Positions 1 through 7,550 of a stretch of DNA of 32,000 nucleotides are shown one piece after another. Made by a program: the position numbers and the translations under genes. Position 1 is the stretch's first letter; every line of letters begins with the position of its first letter. The notes beneath the pieces were generated by a model. The model saw only the letters and a program-made list of their open reading frames with translations, ran no database searches and was not told the DNA's origin. Source of the stretch: Synechococcus elongatus PCC 6301 (GTDB taxonomy: Bacteria > Cyanobacteriota > Cyanobacteriia > Synechococcales > Synechococcaceae); contig NC_006576.1 of assembly GCF_000010065.1 (NCBI RefSeq), forward strand, positions 870,001-902,000. The letters run 5' to 3'.

Positions 1-465
1 CTAGGCAAACGGGTCTTGATTACTGCCCATCATGCGGCTGAGACGTCGGGCACGCTCACCCACCTGGTCAGCCCAGAGGCTGTTCAGCATCTCATCAGCT
101 GCCTCGGCGTAGCGTCCGGCCTCAATGTGGCCTAGGGTCTTACGGAAGCGAAGCAGGCCGTCGATACCCAGATTAATTGCCATGTCGATCAGCACTCGCT
201 GACGCACCCACGAAAGCTGTCTAACCCAAGGCAGGCGCGACTCAAGCTGTCGCATTGCGTGGTCGATGTCGCTCACCAGCAGCAACCGCGCTTCAGCCTC
301 ACTGATGCCGCGGTCGTCCAGATTGCGACCGATGCCAATCGTCAGCCTGCCCGCCGTGCAGCGGTACGGCTTCAGCCGCAAGCCCTCATGCAAGGTCAAC
401 TGCCGAATCAGGTCGACACGCTCGCCGGTAAGTTGGTCTGCAATCGTGCGGATGCGGTCACTCAT
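1..465 (-). CDS. Endolysin, T4-type lysozyme (glycoside hydrolase family 24 muramidase)
   Basis: 154-aa ORF. HEGLRLKPYRCTAGRLTIGIGRNL aligns with T4 lysozyme [24 protein letters not shown], giving the E-X8-(D/C)-X5-T catalytic triad in its Cys variant. No signal or SAR segment. The ATG at 463-465 overlaps the stop of the upstream small ORF (ATGA). Confidence 0.9.
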   Translation of the reverse strand: MSDRIRTIADQLTGERVDLIRQLTLHEGLRLKPYRCTAGRLTIGIGRNLDDRGISEAEARLLLVSDIDHAMRQLESRLPWVRQLSWVRQRVLIDMAINLGIDGLLRFRKTLGHIEAGRYAEAADEMLNSLWADQVGERARRLSRMMGSNQDPFA

Positions 466-638
466 TTCTTCGCTCTTGCGCCAAGGAACCCTGCCGCAAA
501 CTCAACCGCTCGATAGACCCCACCCAGCACCTGATTATCCTTAGGCGTTGGGGTCAAATTCACAATCACCAGCGCGGCCGCATGGACGTACAGAAATACC
601 GTGAAAATCTCATCCTTGTGCTGGAGGATTTGAGACAT
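462..638 (-). CDS. Small membrane protein, holin or lysis-accessory candidate (58 aa, below the ORF-track cutoff)
   Basis: Hand translation: MSQILQHKDEIFTVFLYVHAAALVIVNLTPTPKDNQVLGGVYRAVEFAAGFLGARAKK. One clear hydrophobic helix, a second amphipathic segment and a basic C-terminus. Its TGA (462-464) overlaps the lysozyme ATG (463-465). A TAGAAT box lies 26 nt upstream of its ATG. Confidence 0.45.
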   Translation of the reverse strand: MSQILQHKDEIFTVFLYVHAAALVIVNLTPTPKDNQVLGGVYRAVEFAAGFLGARAKK

Positions 639-664
639 GGAGTTTGTGAAAAATCAACACCCCA

Positions 665-670
665 ATTCTA
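665..670 (-). promoter_or_regulatory. TAGAAT box (candidate -10 element) ahead of the 58-aa ORF and lysozyme
   Basis: The minus strand reads TAGAAT, with 26 nt between the box and the ATG at 638. This matches the geometry of four other copies in the window. The box overlaps the TAG stop of the preceding 64-aa ORF. Confidence 0.3.
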
Positions 671-862
671 ATTACCCCCATCATCCTTGTCTTGGCTTCG
701 AGGGGTCATCAGAGCAAACAGCGACGAGACGTAGATCATCGTCAGCTCAGCGAAGCGCGGCCGAAGCTCCTTGTCCTGGTAGGCCATGACGCTGAAGGCG
801 ATGAACAGCAGCGTTGCCAGCCCAGCCAGCACATTGAACCGCTGCCGATCATCGCTGCTCAT
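668..862 (-). CDS. Holin-like protein with two hydrophobic segments (64 aa)
   Basis: Internal ATG of the 98-aa track ORF: MSSDDRQRFNVLAGLATLLFIAFSVMAYQDKELRPRFAELTMIYVSSLFALMTPRSQDKDDGGN. Two predicted TM helices and a charged C-terminus. The ATG (860-862) shares one base with the TGA (862-864) of the upstream peptidase gene. The longer N-terminal extension is Arg-rich and overlaps that gene. Confidence 0.55.
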   Translation of the reverse strand: MSSDDRQRFNVLAGLATLLFIAFSVMAYQDKELRPRFAELTMIYVSSLFALMTPRSQDKDDGGN

Positions 863-1440
863 CAGTAGTCCCAAACCCCTTTCGGCCCGTCGTCGAGGTG
901 CACGAACCGGCGACCAGCTTTGATGCCGCGACCCACGCCGCCGTTCCAGTTCTGCTCGCACCACTGTTCGAACTCAAGCGGATTGAACTGGAGTGGGGAC
1001 ACATCAGCCGCGCCGCCAGTCAGGTGATAGCTGTCGTCAACACCACCAACCCGAGCGTTAGTCACCGGGTCGCGGAACCAAGACGTGACACCCAGCGGGC
1101 CGAACTGCTTACGGAGTACGTCGAGCCGTGCAGCCAGCTTCACGATCCGCCGCTTGTTCTCAGCAGTCACCCGCTGCCTACGGAAGTCATCGAACTGGAA
1201 CACCTCGCCCACCGTGAAGTGCTCAGAAACGCGAGCATCCCACTCACTCCACTGAACCGTCTCAGCCGTGAGTGGTTGCGCGTTCGCCGTGCGGTAGGTC
1301 TTGACCCACTCGGCACTGTCCCGCATGGCAGCGTCGGGAATCACACCCGCCAACATATAGGCAGCCCGGCGATGGTTAGGGTTGTTGGGGTCGAAGTGGA
1401 TGAAGAAATCGAGGAACTTATCAGCCGTAATGGTGCTCAT
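862..1440 (-). CDS. Cell-wall peptidase, M15 family (zinc D-Ala-D-Ala carboxypeptidase / L-Ala-D-Glu endopeptidase fold)
   Basis: 192-aa ORF. The C-terminal half carries DDSYHLTGGAADV (SxHxxGxAxD signature) and a distal FVHLD histidine, which together form the H-D-H zinc triad of M15 phage endolysins. It sits inside the lysis cassette. Confidence 0.8.
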   Translation of the reverse strand: MSTITADKFLDFFIHFDPNNPNHRRAAYMLAGVIPDAAMRDSAEWVKTYRTANAQPLTAETVQWSEWDARVSEHFTVGEVFQFDDFRRQRVTAENKRRIVKLAARLDVLRKQFGPLGVTSWFRDPVTNARVGGVDDSYHLTGGAADVSPLQFNPLEFEQWCEQNWNGGVGRGIKAGRRFVHLDDGPKGVWDY

Positions 1441-1670
1441 TGGGCAGTCTTCAACTCCAAGTCCCTAACGCGCCGTTCCAGCTCCACAAGCTGCGCACTG
1501 GTGTTCTTGGCGATTTCAAGGATCCGCGTTTGGCTGGCCTTGATTTCGATGATGCTGGCCTACATCGCCCACAGCAGACCAACGATCGCCAGAAAAGAAC
1601 TAGCCAAGATGGTTGGTGCCGCGCCAGCGAATACACGGTCAAGCGTGGAATGCTCTTTGCTTTCACCCAT
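1437..1670 (-). pseudogene. TM plus coiled-coil lysis-cassette ORF interrupted by an in-frame TAG (78 codons: 36 aa, TAG at 1560-1562, 40 aa, TGA)
   Basis: Hand translation: MGESKEHSTLDRVFAGAAPTILASSFLAIVGLLWAM * ASIIEIKASQTRILEIAKNTSAQLVELERRVRDLELKTAQ *. The distal part has no usable start codon, looks like a heptad coiled coil, and its TGA (1437-1439) overlaps the ATG (1438-1440) of the peptidase gene. It could be a nonsense-inactivated gene, a readthrough gene, or a 36-aa TM peptide followed by non-coding DNA. Confidence 0.35.
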
Positions 1671-1709
1671 CTCTTTAGATTCCAGTGAAGTTCTGTTGCG
1701 CTGACAACC

Positions 1710-3152
1710 TCATTTTAAGCGGTAGTAGCGAATTGGCCCACTGTAGAAACCTTGGTACTCAGACGGTGAGGCGAGCCTCGTTCTCGTGGGTCGCGAGCTG
1801 CTGTTGCTGATAACCCTTCCCCCATCACAGGTCACGATCCCAATGTGCGCCTGGGGTGGGTTGCCGCCATCAGTGAAGATTGCGATAGCGCCCGGCTCAG
1901 GACCGCTGACTTGTTGAGCACCAGAGCGCCGCAGCGCCGCCTCCGCATCAGGGACGTAGTTCGACCCGCCCCACGGTGTCGTGAGCCCTGCCTTTTGAAA
2001 AACCCGGTTCACCGCCCAGGCGCAAGTGTTCCGACCGCCATCAGGCCCGCCTTGGGTACTGAACCCCCGGAGCTGCTGAGCAGTCTTACAGAGCAAGCTC
2101 CCTTTCTCACTGGCCGATCGCTTGTCGTTCTCGCCGCGTCCGGCTGACCAGTCGTTGTTCGCCTCGCCCTTGGTGCCGCACGTCACCGTCGTCCGGTAGC
2201 CGTTACCGTCGAACTTGTGGGTCACGTTGCGGATGTACCAAGTGCCGTCGACGAGGGCGCGGAAGTCCTGCAGCGTGACTTGCCCCTCGGCGGTGAACTC
2301 GGGATCGCCCTCCATGCTGAAGTCGATCGTCACCTCACCCGACTGGAGGGACTGCAGCCGCGAGTCCGCTGCCCGCTGCGCTTCGTCGCGGGTCTTGTAG
2401 AGCTGCTTCTCCTCGAAGGTCTGGAGGTTGCCGTCTTCGGGCCCAACCGTGAGCAGCTTCTCCTTCTTCTCGTCCTGATCGAAGTAGCGAGCCTTCACCC
2501 GGCTGTAGGCTCCTCGGTTCTTGATAGTGGCCCGCCAGTCGCTGACCTCGTCTCCCTTGACGATGCGCTGCGCCAGTTCGACGCCGGGGGTCGCTGGAAT
2601 GTCGCTCGCTCGGCGCGTAATCCACAATGCCTTGTCGATCGGCTTGGCCGTGATCTTCAGCCTGCGGGCTAGTCGCGTCAGGAAAGCGATGTCTGACTCG
2701 GCGGTCTGATCTTCATGCTTAATCGGGATGCTGCCCACGTCGCCAACAATTCGCAGCTCGAGGCCGCTCCTGCTGGCGATCGTCCTGGCGATCTCGCCCA
2801 GCGTCGTGTCGTGCCAGCTCTGCGTCCTTGAGTCCTTCATGGCCGGCGCAGTTTCGAGCGCCGTAGCCCGCACGACCATCGATCGCGGGCCGTTGCTGAG
2901 GGTCAGGTCATCAACCGCGTAAGTGCCCATGTAGACTGGCAGCTTCCCGCCCTCGGCATAGCCGAGATAGACCTTCAGCCAGGTGCCAGACTTCGGGATC
3001 TCCAGTAGCTTGTCGCGGTCGTCGAGCACGATCTCGACGCGATCGCTTAGCTGCTCCGCTTCGTCGACGACGGTAAGGCTCAGCAGCCGGTCGGCGATCT
3101 GCTTGGTGATGTTCACCCCGTCGGCCTCGACGAGGTAGGCAGGCTTGCTCAT
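1710..3152 (-). CDS. Tail/baseplate hub protein, P2 gpD (late control D) family, with a C-terminal papain-like (CHAP / NlpC-P60 type) peptidoglycan hydrolase domain
   Basis: 480 aa, last gene of the sheath-tube-E-T-U-X-D block. The N-terminal 340 aa are typical of gpD (AYLVEADGVNITKQIADRLLSLTVVDEAEQLSDRVEIVLDD). The C-terminal 129 aa contain Cys (GRNTCAWAVNRV) and His (AHIGIV) motifs typical of cysteine amidases. Confidence 0.85.
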   Translation of the reverse strand: MSKPAYLVEADGVNITKQIADRLLSLTVVDEAEQLSDRVEIVLDDRDKLLEIPKSGTWLKVYLGYAEGGKLPVYMGTYAVDDLTLSNGPRSMVVRATALETAPAMKDSRTQSWHDTTLGEIARTIASRSGLELRIVGDVGSIPIKHEDQTAESDIAFLTRLARRLKITAKPIDKALWITRRASDIPATPGVELAQRIVKGDEVSDWRATIKNRGAYSRVKARYFDQDEKKEKLLTVGPEDGNLQTFEEKQLYKTRDEAQRAADSRLQSLQSGEVTIDFSMEGDPEFTAEGQVTLQDFRALVDGTWYIRNVTHKFDGNGYRTTVTCGTKGEANNDWSAGRGENDKRSASEKGSLLCKTAQQLRGFSTQGGPDGGRNTCAWAVNRVFQKAGLTTPWGGSNYVPDAEAALRRSGAQQVSGPEPGAIAIFTDGGNPPQAHIGIVTCDGGRVISNSSSRPTRTRLASPSEYQGFYSGPIRYYRLK

Positions 3153-3361
3153 GCTTCAGTCCAGATCCTCAGCACGTTGCGGGTCGTCGGCTCGGGTAGC
3201 TCGGGTAGGTCGATCGCAACATCGCCGGGGAGGATCGGCAGCATATCGCTCAGCCCAGGATTCGCCTCCAGCACCGGCTCAACGGTGCCCTCCGTCCTGC
3301 CGTAGTAGCGCCAGCAAATCTCGTCGATCTCGTCGAACTGGCGGGTGATGTAGAGCGCCAT
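3149..3361 (-). CDS. Tail protein X (P2 gpX family, LysM-like)
   Basis: 70 aa. MALYITRQFDEIDEICWRYYGRTEGTVEPVLEANPGL resembles the gpX family. It lies between the U-like and D-like genes. ATGA overlap with the D gene. Confidence 0.8.
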   Translation of the reverse strand: MALYITRQFDEIDEICWRYYGRTEGTVEPVLEANPGLSDMLPILPGDVAIDLPELPEPTTRNVLRIWTEA

Positions 3362-4281
3362 CAGTTGCCACCCAGAATCAGGTCACGCACGGCAGCCGTC
3401 CGCGCCGGATCCACGTCGAGGATTCCCGTCACCGTGGCGGCCGCGTTGACCAGCGACTGCAGCGACGGTGCGCCGCCGCCCGCGATCGACTGGATGACCG
3501 ACGATGCCTCAGGCCCAAGACCAGCAAGCTGCTCGACTGCGATCGCTACCGCCTCGGGGCCGCGTCCCTGCGCGAAAGCTTGGGCAAGCCCTGCCGCGCT
3601 GATCCCCGCCTGCGCCCACTGGGAGGACGTTGCGCCACCAAGCCCGAACGTGCCGAGCAGTGACTCGACGTTGCCGCCCGCGACGGACTGCACAACGCTG
3701 GTAAGCTGCCCCGTACTGAAACCCGCCGCCTGAGCGAGTGGGGCAAGTGGCCCGCCGACCGCATTGGCGACGAGCTGCTGGGCCGAGTTCGCCAGCCCAG
3801 CCAGCGCAGTCGATGGGCTAAGCGCCGCCCGCGCCCCATAGAGGATCCCCGCGACAAATCGGGTCGTGATCGGCGTTGCCGCCTGTCCGGGATTGTCCTC
3901 GCCGTACTTCGCGATCTCAAGGTTGAACTCGATCTTGCGCGGTGCCCCGCCCTGCAGGAACACCGACTTGACCTCGCGGACGGACAGGATGACCCAGCGG
4001 CCGAAAACGGTGCCGAGGCCGTCGGTGAGCATGAGCGGCTGGCCCTTGTCGGCCTCCGCCCGCATCGCGTCCACCTGTCCCAACCCGCCGCGAAACTGGG
4101 GGTAAATGACACCGGGCAGCGTGATCTTCCGCTCACCGGGACCAAGAAACTGATAGGCGACCTCGCGGGTCAGCCGTTCCTGCAGCGCCCAGCGGTAAGC
4201 GTCCGATCGCTCCAGCGACTCATTGGCCGCTGTGTCGAGTCCGAACTGGTAGGAGCCGAGCTGGTAGAGGGGTGTCGCCAT
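3361..4281 (-). CDS. Tail protein U (P2 gpU family) with a long Ala/Gly-rich C-terminal extension
   Basis: 306 aa. The first 130 aa (YQLGSYQFGLDT...GERKITLPGVIYPQFRGG...MLTDGLGTVFGRWVILSVRE) match my memory of the gpU family. It lies directly after the tape measure gene. One-base TGATG overlaps on both sides. Confidence 0.8.
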   Translation of the reverse strand: MATPLYQLGSYQFGLDTAANESLERSDAYRWALQERLTREVAYQFLGPGERKITLPGVIYPQFRGGLGQVDAMRAEADKGQPLMLTDGLGTVFGRWVILSVREVKSVFLQGGAPRKIEFNLEIAKYGEDNPGQAATPITTRFVAGILYGARAALSPSTALAGLANSAQQLVANAVGGPLAPLAQAAGFSTGQLTSVVQSVAGGNVESLLGTFGLGGATSSQWAQAGISAAGLAQAFAQGRGPEAVAIAVEQLAGLGPEASSVIQSIAGGGAPSLQSLVNAAATVTGILDVDPARTAAVRDLILGGN

Positions 4282-7133
4282 CAGTCGTTTAGAGCAGCAC
4301 GCTGGTTGAGTTCGGCCTCGCGCATCAGGTCATCGAACACCTGGCGCACTTGGGCGGCGATACTACGCGCGTCCTGCCCTGGACCAGCGTTGATTGTGAT
4401 CGGTGCAGTGATGTTGATCGGGGCGCGCCGATCGCTTCGAGGCGCAGGCGAAACCACGACCGGCGCGGGCATCGGCGCGGCGATCGTGGGTGTGCTATTG
4501 ACCTCGGGGATCCTGACCTCAGTCAGGGCAAAGCGGGCCTCGGGCGTTGCCACAGAGGCTTGAGCCACGATCGTTGGGGCCGGCAGGGCAATCGACGGCT
4601 GCGAAACAATCTGCGGAGCAGGGACGCTGATCGGAGCCGGAGTCGCGATCGCGGGCGCGGGAACCTGCAGCGCTATTGCAGGGGAAATCGACGCGACAAG
4701 CTGCTGCGAGCCTGCATTCTCGGTCTGCAGCGGGACGGCCTGCCGGGCCAGAACCGGGCCAGTTTTCGGCGCACCCATCGCGGGCTGAGTGAGTGCTGGC
4801 AAGGGTTGGGGCAGGGTCGGCGCTGCTATAGCGATCGCTGGGGCTTGCACCGCACCCATCGCGGCCATCGCCGCCGTCGCAGCCGCAACGAGCGGACGCC
4901 GGAGCAAACCTGCACCGCGACGCACGCCAATCCCGAGCGTGCCGGGGATCGCCATGCCGGATTTGGTGAGGGTCGAGAACGGGCCGCGCTTCGCGTCGCT
5001 GAACGGCATCAGCTCGCGCACCCTGGCGAAGCTCTGCTGCACGGTCGCCAGCAGCTCGCCAGCCTTTGCCTTCACCCCGTCGATGATGGTTTGGATGATC
5101 GCCTCACCGACGCCGGCCAGCATTGACGGCACGCTTCGGATGAACGCGACGACCTGCTGGAACGCGCCCTGAATCTGGGCGACCATCTGAGCAAAGACTG
5201 ACGCGATGCCAGGGACGATCTTCTGGAAGATGCCGATGACCAACGTGGGCAGTGGGAACAAGATCGCGCCCATCTGGGGCAGGAACGATCGCACTACACC
5301 GAGCGCTTGATCCCAGACCGCCCTGAACTGGCTCGTGATGCCCGCAAACGCGGATCCGGCGATGCCGGGTAGCTGTTGCAGTAGGGAGCCGACCGTCGCG
5401 ATCGCTGCTTGCATGAGCGTCACGAGGACAGTGGCCGCCATGCGAGCGGCGCCCATCACGATTCCGGGCATGGCCCTCATCGCACCGGCTAGCCCGGTGA
5501 TGAACGACCGACCGAGCGCGACGACACCCATCGCGGCCATGCGCCCGATCGACAGCCAGACTTGCGCCACGGCTGGCAGGATGACCGCGCCGATCGTCTG
5601 CCCGATCCGCTGGGCTGCGGCCGCGACTTCCTGCTCGTTGCCGGAGAACAAAGCCACCCAGAAGCGCTTGGCCTCACTGAGTAGCGTCATCACCCCGGTG
5701 AGTCCCTGCCGGATGCCTTGGAACAGGTCACTCGCGCCCGCTTGCTTCACTGAACCCCAGAATCCGAGAGCAACCTGCTTGAGGTCGTCCCAGTACGCAA
5801 TGACTAGGGCGATCGCCGCACCAATTCCCAGCACGGCCAAGGTGATCGGGCCACCAATCACACCGATGGCTGCCACCACGGCACCAATGAGGGGCAGGGC
5901 AGCAGTTAAGCCCACCGTCAGCCCCGCGATCGCCACGATGCCTTTCATCAGCCCGGGGTTGGTTTCAGCCCAGCGGGCCATACCTTCAATCACTGGCGTG
6001 ACCACGTTAGCCAGTGAGTTCAGCGACGGCAGCAGCGCCGCGCCGATCGAGATCGCCAGCCGCTCGCCCGTGTTTTGCAGCGCCTTCATCTGTTCCGCGA
6101 AGGTACCCAGCGATCGCTGATAGTCAGCGTCAACAGTGCCTGCCGCAATCGAGCCGCCCGCGTCATCGCGCAGCTTGGTGTACTCGGCGCGATACTTCAT
6201 CAGGCTCATTAGAGCCAGCTTTGCTTCCTTGTCACCGAAGATCTGTCCGAGCTTAAACGTGTCGCCACCCGTCACTTTGAACAGGGTTTCGACTGCCGCT
6301 TCCATCGGATTGATGCCGTTGGCCTTGGCGTCTTTCAGCACCTGCTCGATGTTGACGCCAAACTTCTTGAAGCGCTTCACCGCATCCGGTGCGGTCATCT
6401 TCAGCATTGTGTCTGTCAACCGCGTGGCAGCCTGCCCAGCGTCCGGCGCATCGCGTCGCACCATCTGCATCATGGCGGCCAGACTGACCGCGCCTTCTCT
6501 GCCTGTCACCCCCAGAGAACCAGCCGCCGCAGCGATCGTCGGCATGAACTGCGCCATGTCCTTCAGCTCGAACGCCCCTTGCTTGCCCGCGTAGGCCAGT
6601 GCGTCGAACGTCGCCTTGAGTTCAGTCGGCTTGATCTTCAGCGCATTCTGGAGCTGAAAGCCGGTCTTAGTGATGTCGGTCAGGTTCGAGTTGGTCGCCG
6701 TCGCTACTCGACCTAGGGTATCAATGCTGGCGATCGCATCCTTTAGTACGAGGCCTTGGGCCACTAAGTCTTGGATGCCAGAGGCGAGATCGCTGGCTGA
6801 TTGGTTCGTGCGATCGCGGGCGCTGAGCGCCAGTAGGTCAGCCCCCAACGCCTTGAGTTCTGCCGCGCTAGAGCCTGCCGTCTTGCCGATGTCAGCCAGC
6901 TGAGACTCGAAGGCAACAGCTTGCTTGGTCGAGTAGATCAAGCCCGCGCCAACCGCCGCGCTAGCCGCTGCCAACGCCTGAAAAGCGTCGTTGCGCACGA
7001 CGCCCATAAAGCCTGTCTTGGTGGCCCTGGCCAGTGTGTTGAGCTGGCCTTGGGCACGGGCAATCGACGAACCGAGGGATGCTGCAACGCGCCCCCCAAT
7101 TTCAAGCGTTACCTGAAAGGCTTTACCTGCCAT
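4281..7133 (-). CDS. Tail tape measure protein
   Basis: 950 aa, directly downstream of the tail chaperone pair. The N-terminal half is helical and tape-measure-like, the centre has long hydrophobic Gly/Ala/Ile-rich stretches, and the tail is Pro/Ala-rich. Confidence 0.9.
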   Translation of the reverse strand: MAGKAFQVTLEIGGRVAASLGSSIARAQGQLNTLARATKTGFMGVVRNDAFQALAAASAAVGAGLIYSTKQAVAFESQLADIGKTAGSSAAELKALGADLLALSARDRTNQSASDLASGIQDLVAQGLVLKDAIASIDTLGRVATATNSNLTDITKTGFQLQNALKIKPTELKATFDALAYAGKQGAFELKDMAQFMPTIAAAAGSLGVTGREGAVSLAAMMQMVRRDAPDAGQAATRLTDTMLKMTAPDAVKRFKKFGVNIEQVLKDAKANGINPMEAAVETLFKVTGGDTFKLGQIFGDKEAKLALMSLMKYRAEYTKLRDDAGGSIAAGTVDADYQRSLGTFAEQMKALQNTGERLAISIGAALLPSLNSLANVVTPVIEGMARWAETNPGLMKGIVAIAGLTVGLTAALPLIGAVVAAIGVIGGPITLAVLGIGAAIALVIAYWDDLKQVALGFWGSVKQAGASDLFQGIRQGLTGVMTLLSEAKRFWVALFSGNEQEVAAAAQRIGQTIGAVILPAVAQVWLSIGRMAAMGVVALGRSFITGLAGAMRAMPGIVMGAARMAATVLVTLMQAAIATVGSLLQQLPGIAGSAFAGITSQFRAVWDQALGVVRSFLPQMGAILFPLPTLVIGIFQKIVPGIASVFAQMVAQIQGAFQQVVAFIRSVPSMLAGVGEAIIQTIIDGVKAKAGELLATVQQSFARVRELMPFSDAKRGPFSTLTKSGMAIPGTLGIGVRRGAGLLRRPLVAAATAAMAAMGAVQAPAIAIAAPTLPQPLPALTQPAMGAPKTGPVLARQAVPLQTENAGSQQLVASISPAIALQVPAPAIATPAPISVPAPQIVSQPSIALPAPTIVAQASVATPEARFALTEVRIPEVNSTPTIAAPMPAPVVVSPAPRSDRRAPINITAPITINAGPGQDARSIAAQVRQVFDDLMREAELNQRAALND

Positions 7134-7547
7134 TCCTCACCTGGCGAGCGGTTTCTTCTTCGACTACGCGGGCTTCAGACAGCCACTCCAGAAAGTCGTC
7201 AGTGTCAAGATCGAGGATTTCTTCCAGTGACCAGCCGGTCAGCTTGGAGAGAATGATCACTCCTCGGCGGACCCCTGCGAGAGGGCCTTTCCCTTGAAAG
7301 CCAAGTACTGCTCCATCAAGCGATCGCTGTCTACAGCATCCAACTGCTCAAACTCGTCAGGGGCTAACTCACACAGGGTTGCCAAAAGCCACGCGGCCTG
7401 ATCAGAGGGCGTCCCCTTGATCCGCTGCATCGCCACTTCGTCTCGTACTTTCGGTCGCCGCATCGTGACTGACTTCACTGCGACGCCTGCGATCTCGATT
7501 GGGAACTCCAGCTCGATTGTGGCGCTCAATCGCTTGTCAAAAGTCAT
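7123..7547 (-). CDS. Tail assembly chaperone frameshift product (gpE+E' equivalent), made by a -1 frameshift at 7287-7293
   Basis: The -1 frame is open from the slippery heptamer to a TAA at 7123-7125, which overlaps the tape-measure start. It encodes GPLAGVRRGVIILSKLTGWSLEEILDLDTDDFLEWLSEARVVEEETARQVRNGR. The predicted fusion is about 141 aa. This arrangement is conserved in P2 E/E+E' and lambda G/GT. Confidence 0.6.
7257..7547 (-). CDS. Tail assembly chaperone (P2 gpE equivalent)
   Basis: 96-aa ORF between the tube and tape measure genes. It contains the slippery site near its 3' end. Confidence 0.75.
   Translation of the reverse strand: MTFDKRLSATIELEFPIEIAGVAVKSVTMRRPKVRDEVAMQRIKGTPSDQAAWLLATLCELAPDEFEQLDAVDSDRLMEQYLAFKGKALSQGSAEE
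7287..7293 (-). promoter_or_regulatory. Programmed -1 ribosomal frameshift slippery heptamer G_GGA_AAG
   Basis: The minus strand reads TTC AAG GGA AAG GCC in the gpE frame. GGGAAAG fits X_XXY_YYZ and is the same heptamer used by lambda G/GT. Confidence 0.6.
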
Positions 7548-7550
7548 GGG

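Noticed and set aside
1451-1666. 71-aa minus-strand track ORF between gpD and the M15 peptidase.
   Set aside because: Its composition is Arg/Ser/Cys/Trp/Pro-rich and looks non-protein-like, and it has no coupling to its neighbours. The alternative frame gives a clean TM helix plus coiled coil and ends in an ATGA overlap with the next gene.
898-1704. 268-aa plus-strand ORF, and the many other plus-strand ORFs in the track (for example 4350-5126, 5335-6120, 10012-10998, 15406-16275, 24261-24932).
   Set aside because: They lie antisense to minus-strand genes with recognisable families. They are Arg/Ala/Pro/Ser-rich, as expected for shadow frames in GC-rich DNA, and lack recognisable motifs or gene-boundary logic.
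3546-4145. 199-aa minus-strand ORF inside the gpU gene, and similar nested ORFs (2335-2625, 8217-8654, 22867-23244, 27952-28287).
   Set aside because: These are alternative frames of well-supported genes with extreme Arg/Ser/Pro content, which is typical of out-of-frame translation of GC-rich coding DNA.
4300-5000. Repetitive Pro/Ala/Ile-rich segment at the 3' end of the tape measure gene (APAIA, PAPxI units) that looked like a tandem repeat array.
   Set aside because: It is a degenerate low-complexity coding repeat without exact DNA periodicity. It is not a CRISPR array or satellite.
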